From NCBI GenBank assembly GCA_965113315.1, contig OZ220371.1: a stretch of DNA of 64,000 bases, one strand, 5' to 3'. A program made the position numbers and the translations under genes. The notes below the pieces were generated by a model. The model ran no database searches. It was not told the origin of the DNA and saw only the letters and a program-made list of their open reading frames with translations. Numbering within the stretch: position 1 is the stretch's first letter; the number at the start of each line of letters is the position of its first letter. This stretch comes from Podarcis vaucheri (taxonomy: Eukaryota). Below, in pieces: positions 28,697 through 39,757 of this stretch.

Positions 28697-28905
28697 GGGG
28701 GACAAGGACCCAGGAGACCAGGGTTCACATCCCCACTCAGCTATGAAGCGCTCGCTTCAGTGACCTTGGGTTAGTTACTGCCTCTCAGCAAAATCTACTT
28801 CACAGGGTTGTGGTAGGGAGGGGATTAAATGAGGAGAGGGAGAACCATGTACACCCCCTTAAGCTCCTTGGAGAAAAAGGTGAGATATAAATGCAACAAA
28901 TAAAT
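28697..28905 (+). mobile_element. Old tRNA-derived SINE (Squam3/CORE-like)
   Basis: B-box-like gggttcacatcccc, gtgaccttggg, cttcacagggttgtgg, A-rich tail; no TSD seen. Confidence 0.65.
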
Positions 28906-31049
28906 ATAAATATATGCATATGCATCAATGCATTCATGCACAGATTCAAACCATGGTTCCATGCAAGTTCTGCTAATTTCAATAAAACTCTCTTCCAAGT
29001 AAAGTGGTTTAGATCATAAAGTTGTTAAATGAACACACTGGGAACTATTACAGTGAATTATAAAAGTAATTGTGATACTGCCCAAAAAGATCAAAGAAGC
29101 TTTCCCTTTTCTGACGTATGCCTTTACATACATCTAGAAAATAAGAAGTAAGAGGAAAGGGCAGTCTTGGGGAGCAGTAGCTGAAGTGGATGGAGGAAGG
29201 AGAAAAAACTTACACACCAGATACAGCCTTGTAAATCACTAGATAGCCATTTATGTGTTAGTTAACTCTTGTGCCTTTCAACCTTCTAAACAAAATTAAG
29301 ATACAAGTATTGCTCTTTAAAAATGTATAAGCTCTGTAGTAATTAAGTAAAAGGAACCCTTTCTTCCGAGACATAAAGGAAGTACACACCACAGGACAAT
29401 TTACAACACTAAGCTCTCAAACAGAAGAGAAAAAGGCAAAATAAAAATCCGCCCACAAATTTATAAAGAAAAGATCCTGGAAATGTAAACAGGATTATAG
29501 CTGTCATTCCTCCAGATGCATTTACTTTACCCATTGACTTATTTTTGCTGTTGAGGAACACAACATCCACTCCTGAATCATTTCTTTTCAAATTCAAACA
29601 TTCCCTGCAGCAGTTCAAGCTTCATCAGAAGAGCAGGAATGTATGAAAATGACAGGCAAAGGGCATTAGTTCTTTTCCCAGACTGTTCTTCTATAAATGG
29701 AAGCACAGAATTCTGCCACAAAGAATGTTTAGCTAACTTGGTTAAAATATCGCCTGAAAAATTTAAGATGAACTGAAAAATTAAGTTGACTGTAGGATAC
29801 ATTTCACGCCGTTGTCCTTAAAATGGATTTAAAGTAAACCGATGACATTTATTAATTATGGGCTTCCAGAGATACATAATAACCATTCTATTTATTTATT
29901 TATTTATTGCAGAGCCCAGTCACACACAAAAAGACATGTCTCATCATCCATGATTACAGAGGGTCTGAAACTCTTGAAAATTCAAAAGGAGACAAGAAAA
30001 TGTGCCAAAGAGGTCCATGGTCTCAAGTCAATCCTCTTCCAGAAGTTCCTTAGAAATAGCCCACAGAAATGTTAGCTTGTCTAAGCAGAAGGACTCACAA
30101 AGCAATTGCATAAAAATAAAATTAAAAGCCAATAAAAAGTTGAGTGGCTGTCAAGCTCTGCGTTGTTTTTTTTTGTTTTTTTTTACTATTTCCAGTTTAC
30201 TCTAGCTACAGAAAGACCACCCTAGTTCCCCATCTCCCATTTTCTTTATTCCAGATGTGTAAAAACGACCCACTTTCAAACTAAGCTGTTTTCCTGTAAA
30301 TGCACAAGCTCTCTCACACACACACACTCCCTGAACAGAAAAAGGAAGCTCTCCCTCGCAGTTCATTCATGCCAATTAAATGCCAGTGATTATACCTACC
30401 CATTCTTAACCTGTTTTAGCAGCAGCGCAAAAAAAAAGAGAGGAAAAGGATCCCTGGGAGAAGGCAAGGGGAGCCAGCGGGGCAAGCCAAGAAAAGAGCA
30501 AGACTCTCCCCATGCAAAGTCTCCTTTGGAGAAGCCCTCTGCTAACAACCTCGCTCTTCCTTGCTCCAGGCAGCGGCGTGCTGATGTTGGCACTGCCTAA
30601 ACCAAACAAACACGATGTTTAACAGTCAAATAAAATGTCCCGCAGCCTCCCTAATGAATTTGTCAAGGCCCATCAGATCACCCCACCCCCCTCCCCTGCC
30701 TCATTAACTCAAGTATGATGAGACGGATTATAACGGGAGAATACAGATCAATCGGGCTGAAGCCTTCAAGTGGCTTTTAGCCTTGAGAGCTTCCCCTCCC
30801 AGACAGTCTCTCTGACTCTCTCTCTCTGGGTCCTTTTAATAGAATACAGTATCTCCTGCTCCTGGAGGGGCTGCCACTTGGCTTTAATACCCCATCAAGG
30901 AGCTGCTGATGGACTCCTTGACTCCCAGACAGCCAAGGTGAAGTGACAGGGGCTCTTCTATGGCAGGCTCGCCTCGGATCTTCCGCTTCTCCCACCCCCC
31001 AACAGAAAGAAAAAAAATAACAACAACATGCTTTCAATTATTCATCCCT

Positions 31050-32830
31050 CTCTTCCCACCCACCCCCATCCTTCCCCTCGAAGAAGGGGAAAAAGCAAAT
31101 TCCGCCACAGACGAGAACGCTGCTGCTGCTGCTGCTGCTGCTCTCTCGCAAGCAGCCAAGGCAGCCGCAGAAGGCGAGGCGCAGGCTTTTTCGCCGGCGT
31201 TATTTGCTAGAAAGTGTTTAAGTTTATTGCTCAAATGATGTTTCTAATTAGCGCTCCGGGCCATAAATCCGAAGCGGCTTTTGTTTCAAACTGATTTATT
31301 ATTTACTAGAGCGTCGACCTCAGTCTGGTGGGGTGGTGGTGGAGGGGAATAGTGGAAAGAAAGAAAGAAAGAAAAAGAGAGAGAGATGGTAAACGAATTG
31401 TTTGGGAAATCAAAACGAGGAGGAGGAGGGAGGTGAGGAAGCTCCGAGCCTTCCCTCCGGGCCACAAACCTGCCCACGGAGAGAAAAGGCGCTTGGTGCC
31501 AGGCTGGAGCCCTCAGCTCACGGAGGGAATTGCCCAGTCCGTGCAGGCAGCCTTTCTTTCCCTTTTTAGGGTCACCTGGGCGGCAGCCCTGACCCAGGGG
31601 AGTCGCTTTGTAAGCTGACTCGCCGAAGTCGGGGCTCCGCGCGCCCTGGGCGCGTCTCGGCAGCCGATCGAGGGCGAAGAAGGATGGACGTGGGTTTCTC
31701 AGACGTCAAGGTGGAACGGGCCCCAGAGGGGACACCGCCAAGCAAGGGAGCAGGGAAGTAGGTGGTTGCCAAGCAGGAGTCTGGCTGGCTAGCGACAAAG
31801 ACCTAGAAATGGAGCGGGGTGTGTAGTTGTGCGATTGCTGCTCCTGGACAGCAGCTCCACCAGTTCTCAAAATACGTGAGCAATTTTGAGAATACTGGGC
31901 GCCACGGCGAGGACGAAACTGAGCAGCGACACCATCGCCTCGTCTGCCCTTGAAGTTGATTGTTTCTGGGCAACTGGGCTCTTTCTTGCGCTCTCGCCAG
32001 TTCCGCGGAGAAGCAAACAGAAGGCGACACACACACACACGTGTCACGTCCTCCTCTATCCTCCCCAGGTGCTCCGACCTCGAACAATCTCCTAACATCT
32101 CTCAGAATCGAGCATCTAAGTTAAGGACATTGTTTAGGATGGGAGCATACATGTTGAAAACAATCCTGGAGCTTGGAAGTAAGCCTTCCCCATCACGGTC
32201 AGTGCGACCAGGTGGCAGGACCGCAGCCGGCCAAAGCAAGTTGACTCAAGTCAGCCGCCCGGTAGTCGATGGGGCTTACTCCCTTGTAAGTGCCTTCAGA
32301 GTAGCAGCCTCCAAAGCAGCGTCAGCCTTCCTGGTTGCGACGGGAGGCATTGATTGGAGAGGGAATCCTTCTTGCCTAGATTTGCTTCTCTCCACCGTTG
32401 TCCCGCGACGGCTTGTTTCCACCGCCTCAGCGGCAGTGGCATCTTCCCTCCAAGATATCTAGCCTCCTCTGCTTCGGTCGGCTCTCTTTCCTCGCCCGAG
32501 GCAGGCATCTGGCAGGCAACGTGGATGGAGCCTGTTTCGGAGAGGAGGAGGATCGGGCCGACGGGACAGGAGAAGGCAAGGGACACACACCTGTTCCAAG
32601 CAACTGTTGAGCTTCTAAAGACCTTTCCAAGCCTACGGGGAACTTGACTATTCCCTGGCACGTGGAATACATCCACAGAAGCCCTGTGGGCAAATATCAC
32701 ATTCAATTTAGAAAGGCTGGGAGTTGGCGGGGCGGGGGGACCGAGGAGAAGAGATAAGGCGAGGCTCGCCATAGTCTTCTTTCTGGCCATGAGAGCAATA
32801 TGCAGCGGAGTTCGGAGTTCGCTTCCCAGA
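31050..32830. promoter_or_regulatory. Second CpG island about 1.3-3 kb upstream of the inferred MAB21L2 TSS
   Basis: CpG-rich stretch with no credible ORF; contains (GCT)8. Confidence 0.7.
31119..31142. repeat. (GCT)8 trinucleotide repeat
   Basis: Read directly from the sequence. Confidence 0.95.
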
Positions 32831-33940
32831 GGCTGGAATATAATTGCTGACTTGAAGCATTGCACGAGATGTATCATCATCATCATAATCAACAACGGAA
32901 TGACAGACACGATTAAAAAGGGAAAAGAAGCGCACTTGTCCATGTTAAAAAAACAACCAACAAAAGCCCGTCTCATCACACAATTAAAGCAAAAGGCTTC
33001 AAGAAATGCAAACTGTTAGTGAAGCGGATTATTTATTAAGATTCTGTAAGAGATCTATAAGAATATTTAAATTTCGGAGGGAAAGGGCCGCTGTCTCAGT
33101 TTTTACTGTTTTCCTCCCCAGCACAAATACTGAGGATCGAGAAGATTTGACACTTCAGCAATTATTACCAATTAAATGTAAACGATTAAGCTGCGGCTGG
33201 TGTCTATCTTAACACAGAGAAATACGCGATTGCGTGCACACCGCTGGGTCTGAAGGGAAGATTCCTGTTACTTTCGTAAACACCGAACTGTGTATATGCC
33301 GAAACTCTCCAAAATGCAGAGTTTCTTCCTGCCTCCCCGCGCAAGTAAATGGAATATTAGACCTTTTATACAGCGGGTACATATGATCTCACAACAACAG
33401 GCCAGCTGCATGGCGCAGGATTTATAACTTTTAAGTAGAACCCTCATTTAGGGTTGTAAAACAAGGTGTACTATTCCGTTCCAATAACTGTCTCACTTTC
33501 ACTAATGTTGGGTCTGCGGAGCAGCTACAGAAGATTTATGCTTGCACAGAAGTACTGAACATTCCCCCTTTTTTTATTTTACTCCCCCCCCCTTGCCCTC
33601 CAATACTTCAACGTTACTAGAGATAGTCTGTGTGGGGAAGCGAATTTTACACACCCGCACGCACCACCCTCGGCGCTTCAGTTCGTGCAGGTACACCTTG
33701 ATCTTGAACGTCACTGCAAAACGCGCAAAGATCTTGCCAGAGCGCTTGCCGCGGTGTGTTTCATGGCAATATTTAATTCCCGCCAAATTGCTGCATGGAA
33801 TCGTTCTTATAGGGGCTATGGCTCTTCCTCCCTGGCTTTCCAGGGAAAGGGAGCTTCATGTTTGTTTGCCACATATGTGTGTGCGTGCGCGCAATCTGTG
33901 CATGTGCCTCAAGCATCTCTCCAGCGTCTTCCCCTTCTCT

Positions 33941-34104
33941 CCCCCGCCCCACTCCCAATACAATACGCAGTAGTGGCGGGCCCAGCAGCAGAACGTGCAC
34001 ACCGCCCGGTCATGCGATTGGCTGGCCCTCTGACAGCTCGGCCCGCGATTGTAGGATTCCGGAGCTCCGCCTCCGTTCGAAAGGACCTTCGGACCATTCA
34101 TAAA
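33941..34104 (+). promoter_or_regulatory. Probable MAB21L2 core promoter
   Basis: GC box CCCCGCCCC (33942-33950), CCAAT (33955-33959), reverse CCAAT (ATTGG 34017-34021) and TATA-like CATAAA (34099-34104). These imply a TSS near 34130 (inferred). Confidence 0.55.
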
Positions 34105-35017
34105 CTAAACAACACTCTCCGCAAACCCAGAGACCTCCAGACGTCCAGGCCGGGAGAGGCGCAGGAAAGTAACCAGAGCGGCTGCATTCAATTCCAAAGG
34201 TGGGAGGGGGAAGGAAGCGGAAAACAGGAGGAGTAGGGGGGGGCCGAAATCCTGGAAAGCGGAAAACTACACACACACACGCACGCACACACATACCAGC
34301 GCGCGCGCAAAGAAGCTCAACTCGCCAACCTTGCCACTGCTCCAAGAGAAGATACGTTTCCAAAGAGAGATTCGCCTGTAAACAAAATCGAACCGAGGGA
34401 AGAAATGATCACAACGCGCTTTCACTGGCTTGTGTTTAATAATAAAGAAATAAGAAGCAGGGGCGCCCGGCAGCAATAGGTTTCCACTCCGGTGGCTTCT
34501 TCGGACCAGGCCTCCAAGAAGCGATCATCGCCGCCGCCTCCCTGTCAGAGGAAGGAGGCGGCCAGAAGCACCGGTGCCAGAGAGAAAGAGAGGAGAAAGA
34601 GAGCGGATTTCTGCTTCTGGGCACCGGGCGCAAGCTCTCCCTCATCGCCGCCGTTTTCTCCTTGGCCGCCGAGCGCTTCTTTCCCGCTGGAAGCCAAGTT
34701 GCGCGAGTGCGAGAGAAGTTTCCCCATGAAGGACTGAAGCCCTCTCCGGCGGCTGCGCGCAGCTCCAATGTGAACAAGGAAAGGAGCCGGCCGCCAAACT
34801 TTGCCGCCCGAGGAAGCGGGCTGCTGCTGTTGCTGCTGCCGCCTCCCCCCACCCTCCTGCCTGCCCGCCGGGGGTGGTGGTGCTGCCCGGTGCTGCCCAC
34901 TGGCGCTGCGGTGCTCGTCTGGAGCAGGCTTGGCGTGCGCGGGCGCGCGCGGCGGCGGCGTTGGATCCGTCCACGTACTGCGAGAGCCCGGTGTACAGCC
35001 CGGACGTGTGCCCCAAC

Positions 35018-36097
35018 ATGATCGCGGCGCAGGCCAAGCTGGTGTACCAGCTGAACAAGTACTACACGGAGCGCTGCCAGGCGCGTAAGGCGGCCATCGC
35101 CAAGACCATCCGCGAGGTGTGCAAGGTGGTGTCCGACGTGCTCAAGGAGGTGGAGGTGCAGGAGCCGCGCTTCATCAGCTCGCTGAGCGAGATCGACGCG
35201 CGCTACGAGGGCCTGGAGGTCATCTCGCCCACCGAGTTCGAGGTGGTGCTCTACCTCAACCAGATGGGCGTCTTCAACTTCGTCGACGACGGCTCGCTGC
35301 CCGGCTGCGCCGTGCTCAAGCTGAGCGACGGCCGCAAGCGCAGCATGTCGCTCTGGGTCGAGTTCATCACGGCCTCGGGCTACCTGTCGGCGCGCAAGAT
35401 CCGCTCGCGCTTCCAGACGCTGGTGGCGCAGGCGGTGGACAAGTGCAGCTACCGCGACGTGGTCAAGATGATCGCCGACACCAGCGAGGTGAAGCTGCGC
35501 ATCCGAGAGCGCTACGTGGTGCAGATCACGCCCGCCTTCAAGTGCACGGGCATCTGGCCGCGCAGCGCGGCGCAGTGGCCGCTGCCGCACATCCCCTGGC
35601 CGGGGCCCAACCGCGTGGCCGAGGTGAAGGCGGAGGGCTTCAACCTGCTCTCCAAGGAGTGCTACTCGCTGACGGGCAAGCAGAGCTCGGCCGAGAGCGA
35701 CGCCTGGGTGCTGCAGTTCGGCGAGGCCGAGAACCGCCTGCTGCTGGGCGGCTGCCGCAACAAGTGCCTGTCGGTGCTCAAGACGCTGCGCGACCGCCAC
35801 CTCGAGCTGCCCGGCCAGCCGCTCAACAACTACCACATGAAGACGCTGCTGCTCTACGAGTGCGAGAAGCACCCGCGGGAGACCGACTGGGACGAGGCGT
35901 GCCTGGGCGACCGGCTCAACGGCATCCTGCTGCAGCTCATCTCGTGCCTGCAGTGCCGGCGCTGCCCGCACTACTTCCTGCCCAACCTCGACCTCTTCCA
36001 AGGCAAGCCGCACTCGGCCCTCGAGAGCGCCGCCAAGCAGACCTGGCGCCTGGCCAGGGAGATCCTCACCAACCCCAAGAGCCTCGACAAGCTATAG
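35018..36097 (+). CDS. MAB21L2: Protein mab-21-like 2 (Mab-21/cGAS-fold family), single exon, 359 aa
   Basis: ATG at 35018 gives MIAAQAKLVYQLNKYYTERCQARK...REILTNPKSLDKL*. Paralog-2 diagnostic residues (VYQLNKYYTER, SLSEIDARY, SLDKL) are present, with E49/R51 in place. It is nested antisense in an LRBA intron, the known arrangement. The ORF-track start at 34874 is a GTG, not the canonical start. Confidence 0.98.
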   Translation: MIAAQAKLVYQLNKYYTERCQARKAAIAKTIREVCKVVSDVLKEVEVQEPRFISSLSEIDARYEGLEVISPTEFEVVLYLNQMGVFNFVDDGSLPGCAVLKLSDGRKRSMSLWVEFITASGYLSARKIRSRFQTLVAQAVDKCSYRDVVKMIADTSEVKLRIRERYVVQITPAFKCTGIWPRSAAQWPLPHIPWPGPNRVAEVKAEGFNLLSKECYSLTGKQSSAESDAWVLQFGEAENRLLLGGCRNKCLSVLKTLRDRHLELPGQPLNNYHMKTLLLYECEKHPRETDWDEACLGDRLNGILLQLISCLQCRRCPHYFLPNLDLFQGKPHSALESAAKQTWRLAREILTNPKSLDKL

Positions 36098-36707
36098 AGG
36101 AGCGGGGGGGGGGGAGGGGGTTGGAAAAAAGCCGGGAGAAAGAGGGGCAGAAATCAAAGACTGCGCAGAACCCGAATTTAAGACAAAACTCTTATTTAAA
36201 AACAAGAAGAGGAACGGGGAGCAGCGGGCATCCACTCCCCACCAAAGCGCAAAAAGGACTCCAAGCCTAGCAGCGGGCACCGGCGCTCTCCCTCTCCCCT
36301 TTTCTTTTTTTAAAAAAAAATATATAAATAAATTAAAGAGACACTTAAAAAACAGCGGCGGAACTTTAGGACAGCCAAACGAAACCCGAGGTACATTTCA
36401 TTTTTCTCTTCCCTCTCCACTCCCCATATTAAGTGTATGTCATTCGTTCCCCCCCCCGCTTTTCTCTTTCTCTCGTTCGTCTGCCTGAATGTTGTCACGA
36501 AGTGGGGGAGGGGGAGAAACCAGAATTATTTAACTATATGTACTTTTTTTTTCCTTTTGAAAGAAAGGGATGGGGGAAGAGAACCGAACAGAAAACCCCC
36601 AGACACACACGGAAAGTTTACTGATGCTAAATGTATTTCAGTGCCAAGTCAGATCATGCGTCCTCCCCCTTTCCCTAAGCTGACTTGTTCAAAACAGTAA
36701 TAATAAT

Positions 36708-36760
36708 AATAAATAATAAACAAAATGGTTTTAACTTTACATTGCCTTCGTGTGGGTTTA
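36708..36760 (+). terminator. MAB21L2 polyadenylation site
   Basis: Tandem AATAAA (36708, 36715) followed by a CA and a GT/T-rich tract (ttcgtgtgggtttatt). A proximal AATAAA/ATTAAA lies at 36327-36337. Confidence 0.65.
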
Positions 36761-39757
36761 TTCTAAAATTCAGGCAACGGGTAGGCTGTTATTTCCACTT
36801 CTCAGTAAAGAAGGGATATCTCTCTCACACAAATACCTATGGATGGAAGGGAACAAAATAACACCATGTTAATGGAGATCTCTGGGGGGAAACCCCCCAG
36901 TAAATATCTTTTTAACATCTCTGTTTTCTCTTACAGAAGATATGTAAATATTCAGGTGGGGAAAGAAGCATTTATACTTAAAAACAACAACTTATGTATT
37001 TGGTAATATTTGGGGCTGCATTAACAGTGGCTATGAGATTGAGTATACATTCATTATGTGAAGGAGAGGATAATTTCTCTTTGCACGTGGGCTTCTCATT
37101 TATTAAAGCTGAGTAAGTACCCAAGTCCAATTTGACTTTGAATTTCAAGGCCATATAGATTTACTCTTGAATTATTAATACCCTACAACTAGTCAATTTA
37201 TTTGCTGCAAACATTTGGTTTCCTCTGGCTTTTATGTAGACCCTGCTCAGGAAGAAAGGACATAGAGCAAAATACAAAAGGGAACTAGACCTTAACAGGG
37301 GTTTTTTATGTTATGCTAGCATCCCCAGGACCATGCATTTCCATATTAAAATGATTTGCATTTGAGAAAAGGATTTTCAAATTGTTCTAGTGAATTTGTT
37401 CCCCTTTTTTATTTATTTAAATACTTCCACATTATGGCTTCAGGCTTTATACAAACAAAGTTTAGATTTTCACAAACACACACACAAAAACTATTTAGAC
37501 CGCTAGGATATTTTCCAACATGTTTTCTCTAAATGTGAAACTCTATTCTAAAATATGTTTACTTGGCAGTAAGTAGCATTTACTTCAATGGAGCTGTGTG
37601 CAGTGAACAGGAGCCCCAGCATTATGGGTATTTTATTATTCCAGAAAACCTTTTTTATTATTTGAATGATAATAAAAAAGTGTGTTTTAAAATTTATTGA
37701 GGACTTATTTGAAGTAGGTGCCCACACACAGACAAACCTATAATTGAAGAGGTAGAGTCCTACCATATTTCACAAATCATCTCATACCATTAGAAAACTA
37801 AACATATTTTCTACCTTTATATAAATACATCTACTTGCACAACAGCTCTGTTTTGTTTTTTCCTAGTGCAATGTGGCTTCATATTCAAAATCTTTTTTTT
37901 TCTGAGACAAATTATTTAAATATGGCTCCAAATAAATTGAGGAGCTCCCCTGCCTCACTCTAAGAGCAAGTCTGAGCTCAAAGCACTACAGCTTGCTTGT
38001 TAAAAACAGCTTGCCTTGTAGTAGGAATATAAACTTTGATGTTATCAGCATCAATGCAGCATCCAGTTCAGGTTTTATTTCAAAACTCCTGTCATAATGT
38101 TTTCTTTCCCAGGAGTTTAGAAAAACACACAGAGAAGCCGAATTTATCAAACTGAGGAAGGCCCATTAAATAGGCATCTGAGCAAACGGCAGGATTGGTA
38201 TTCAAAGGGGAGATGTTGTTACTCAAGCTCTAGTTACCCATATCTTCTGGGGAAGGGGTGGGGGGAGAAGAGAAAGGGAAACATGGGGAAATGCCAGCGC
38301 TTGTAAGAGAATGATGTCGCCTTGTTGCATAACTTCATAACCAAAACACCAGTAAGCTTTGAGAGTTTTCGCCAAAGGAAAAAAATAGTTTGGAGTCTCT
38401 CTCTCTCTAACATTTCATGTCTTCAAGATTAAATTAATAAACCTGGCTCCTTTTAGATGATCCCTATCTCTACCACAAAGTTAAAAAGTACAGTCAGTTT
38501 AAGATGCCTGTTCATTTTCGTTTTTAAGATGGAAAAGGAATAGTTGTATCATTCAAAGGGAAGGGGGAAGATAGCAGAGGGATCTCACCCTACATTACTC
38601 CTTGAATGATGCACAAGGGCTGAACAGCCACATTTGATTAATATATACGTACTGTAGCTTCCTGTATTGTAATGAGTTCTAAGAAATAGGCTGCGTTAGT
38701 ATTTTACAGTACATCATCATTGATGACTGCTTTTTCAATTTTAATATCAAACAGCACCAAAATAACATGCAAACAAATTGCAGCTACTTCTCAATTCTAA
38801 ACCTTTTACTTTCACCCTAATACTTGAAAGTTTATGTACTTCAAAGAAAACGTCAAAGTTTTAATTTGCTACTCTTATAAGTAAAATAAAAGCTTTAAAA
38901 AACAACTGCAACATTAAGAAAGGTCTAGTTCAAGCCCCCACTGTCCATTAACCTTTTCAGAAAGATGTATTCAAAAAAATAAAATTGAACAGAGATACAA
39001 CAAAAAAGTACCCACTAATAGAAATACATTATACAATTTTGTCTTTTTTCTCCCTGAAGAAAGCACTGTATTTTAGCAATTGCTTTAGTGAAATTTGGGA
39101 GACATTTATCTACCATAACACATTTTAGGTGGAAAAGGCACACTCAAGTAATGACATTTTAGTATTATGAAAACTACCTAAGTGAAATTCTTATAGTAGT
39201 CATTAACACTGTGAGCAAAAACAGTTTTATGGGGATGGGAGGAATGACTTTTATTACCCTTGCATTTAAAGATCATTATAATCTGAACAAAGCATTGAGT
39301 TGGGAAACTGAAGCACAACACAAAATATATTATTAAAATATATAGTATCAAGTGGCAATTATGTTCTCTGAATAAGCATGTGCAAACTCTTCAGCATGCT
39401 ACAAAGTAATATAAAGCAAATGCAAGAAATCAGTGAGCACCATAAAAAAGTTGAGGTAAAACAAAGGCTTCAATAGACAACACCACTAAACTTTCACACA
39501 TCCTCTTGCTCTAATGCAGTTTTATTCAAAGCATTTCCCAGGAGGCTTCTGCCCTATGAAGTAATTAGCGCTGGAACTGGGGTGAATTGTTTTTCATACT
39601 TACATGAGTGCCACTAGCACGAAAACGCTGCAAATTACAAACTCACAAATATGAGAAAACTTGTGTCCAATGGATTTAGAAAGTACTGGGTGAAAAATTA
39701 AAGGCTTCTTGTAATTTGTCACAAGGGTTAGTACAAGAGGGGTCAATGATCTCTTAC

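Larger units (their letters stand above)
33600..36300. promoter_or_regulatory. CpG island covering the MAB21L2 promoter, 5'UTR and CDS
   Basis: Dense CpG and high GC against an AT-rich background; edges approximate. Confidence 0.85.

Noticed and set aside
30960-31238. Poly-Ala/poly-Cys ORFs on both strands
   Set aside because: Produced by the (GCT)8 repeat; no other coding signal.
34874-34960. ORF-track GTG start giving a 407-aa MAB21L2
   Set aside because: These codons lack the clear third-position bias seen from 34961 onward; the TTG at 34961 or the ATG at 35018 are better starts.
34436-36013. 525-aa antisense ORF overlapping MAB21L2
   Set aside because: Shadow ORF: near-100% GC3 removes the TTA/CTA/TCA codons that would create antisense stops, and the product has no recognisable domain.
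35119-36270. 383-aa alternative-frame ORF on the plus strand
   Set aside because: G/A/R/P-rich by-product of the same GC bias; it has a non-ATG start.
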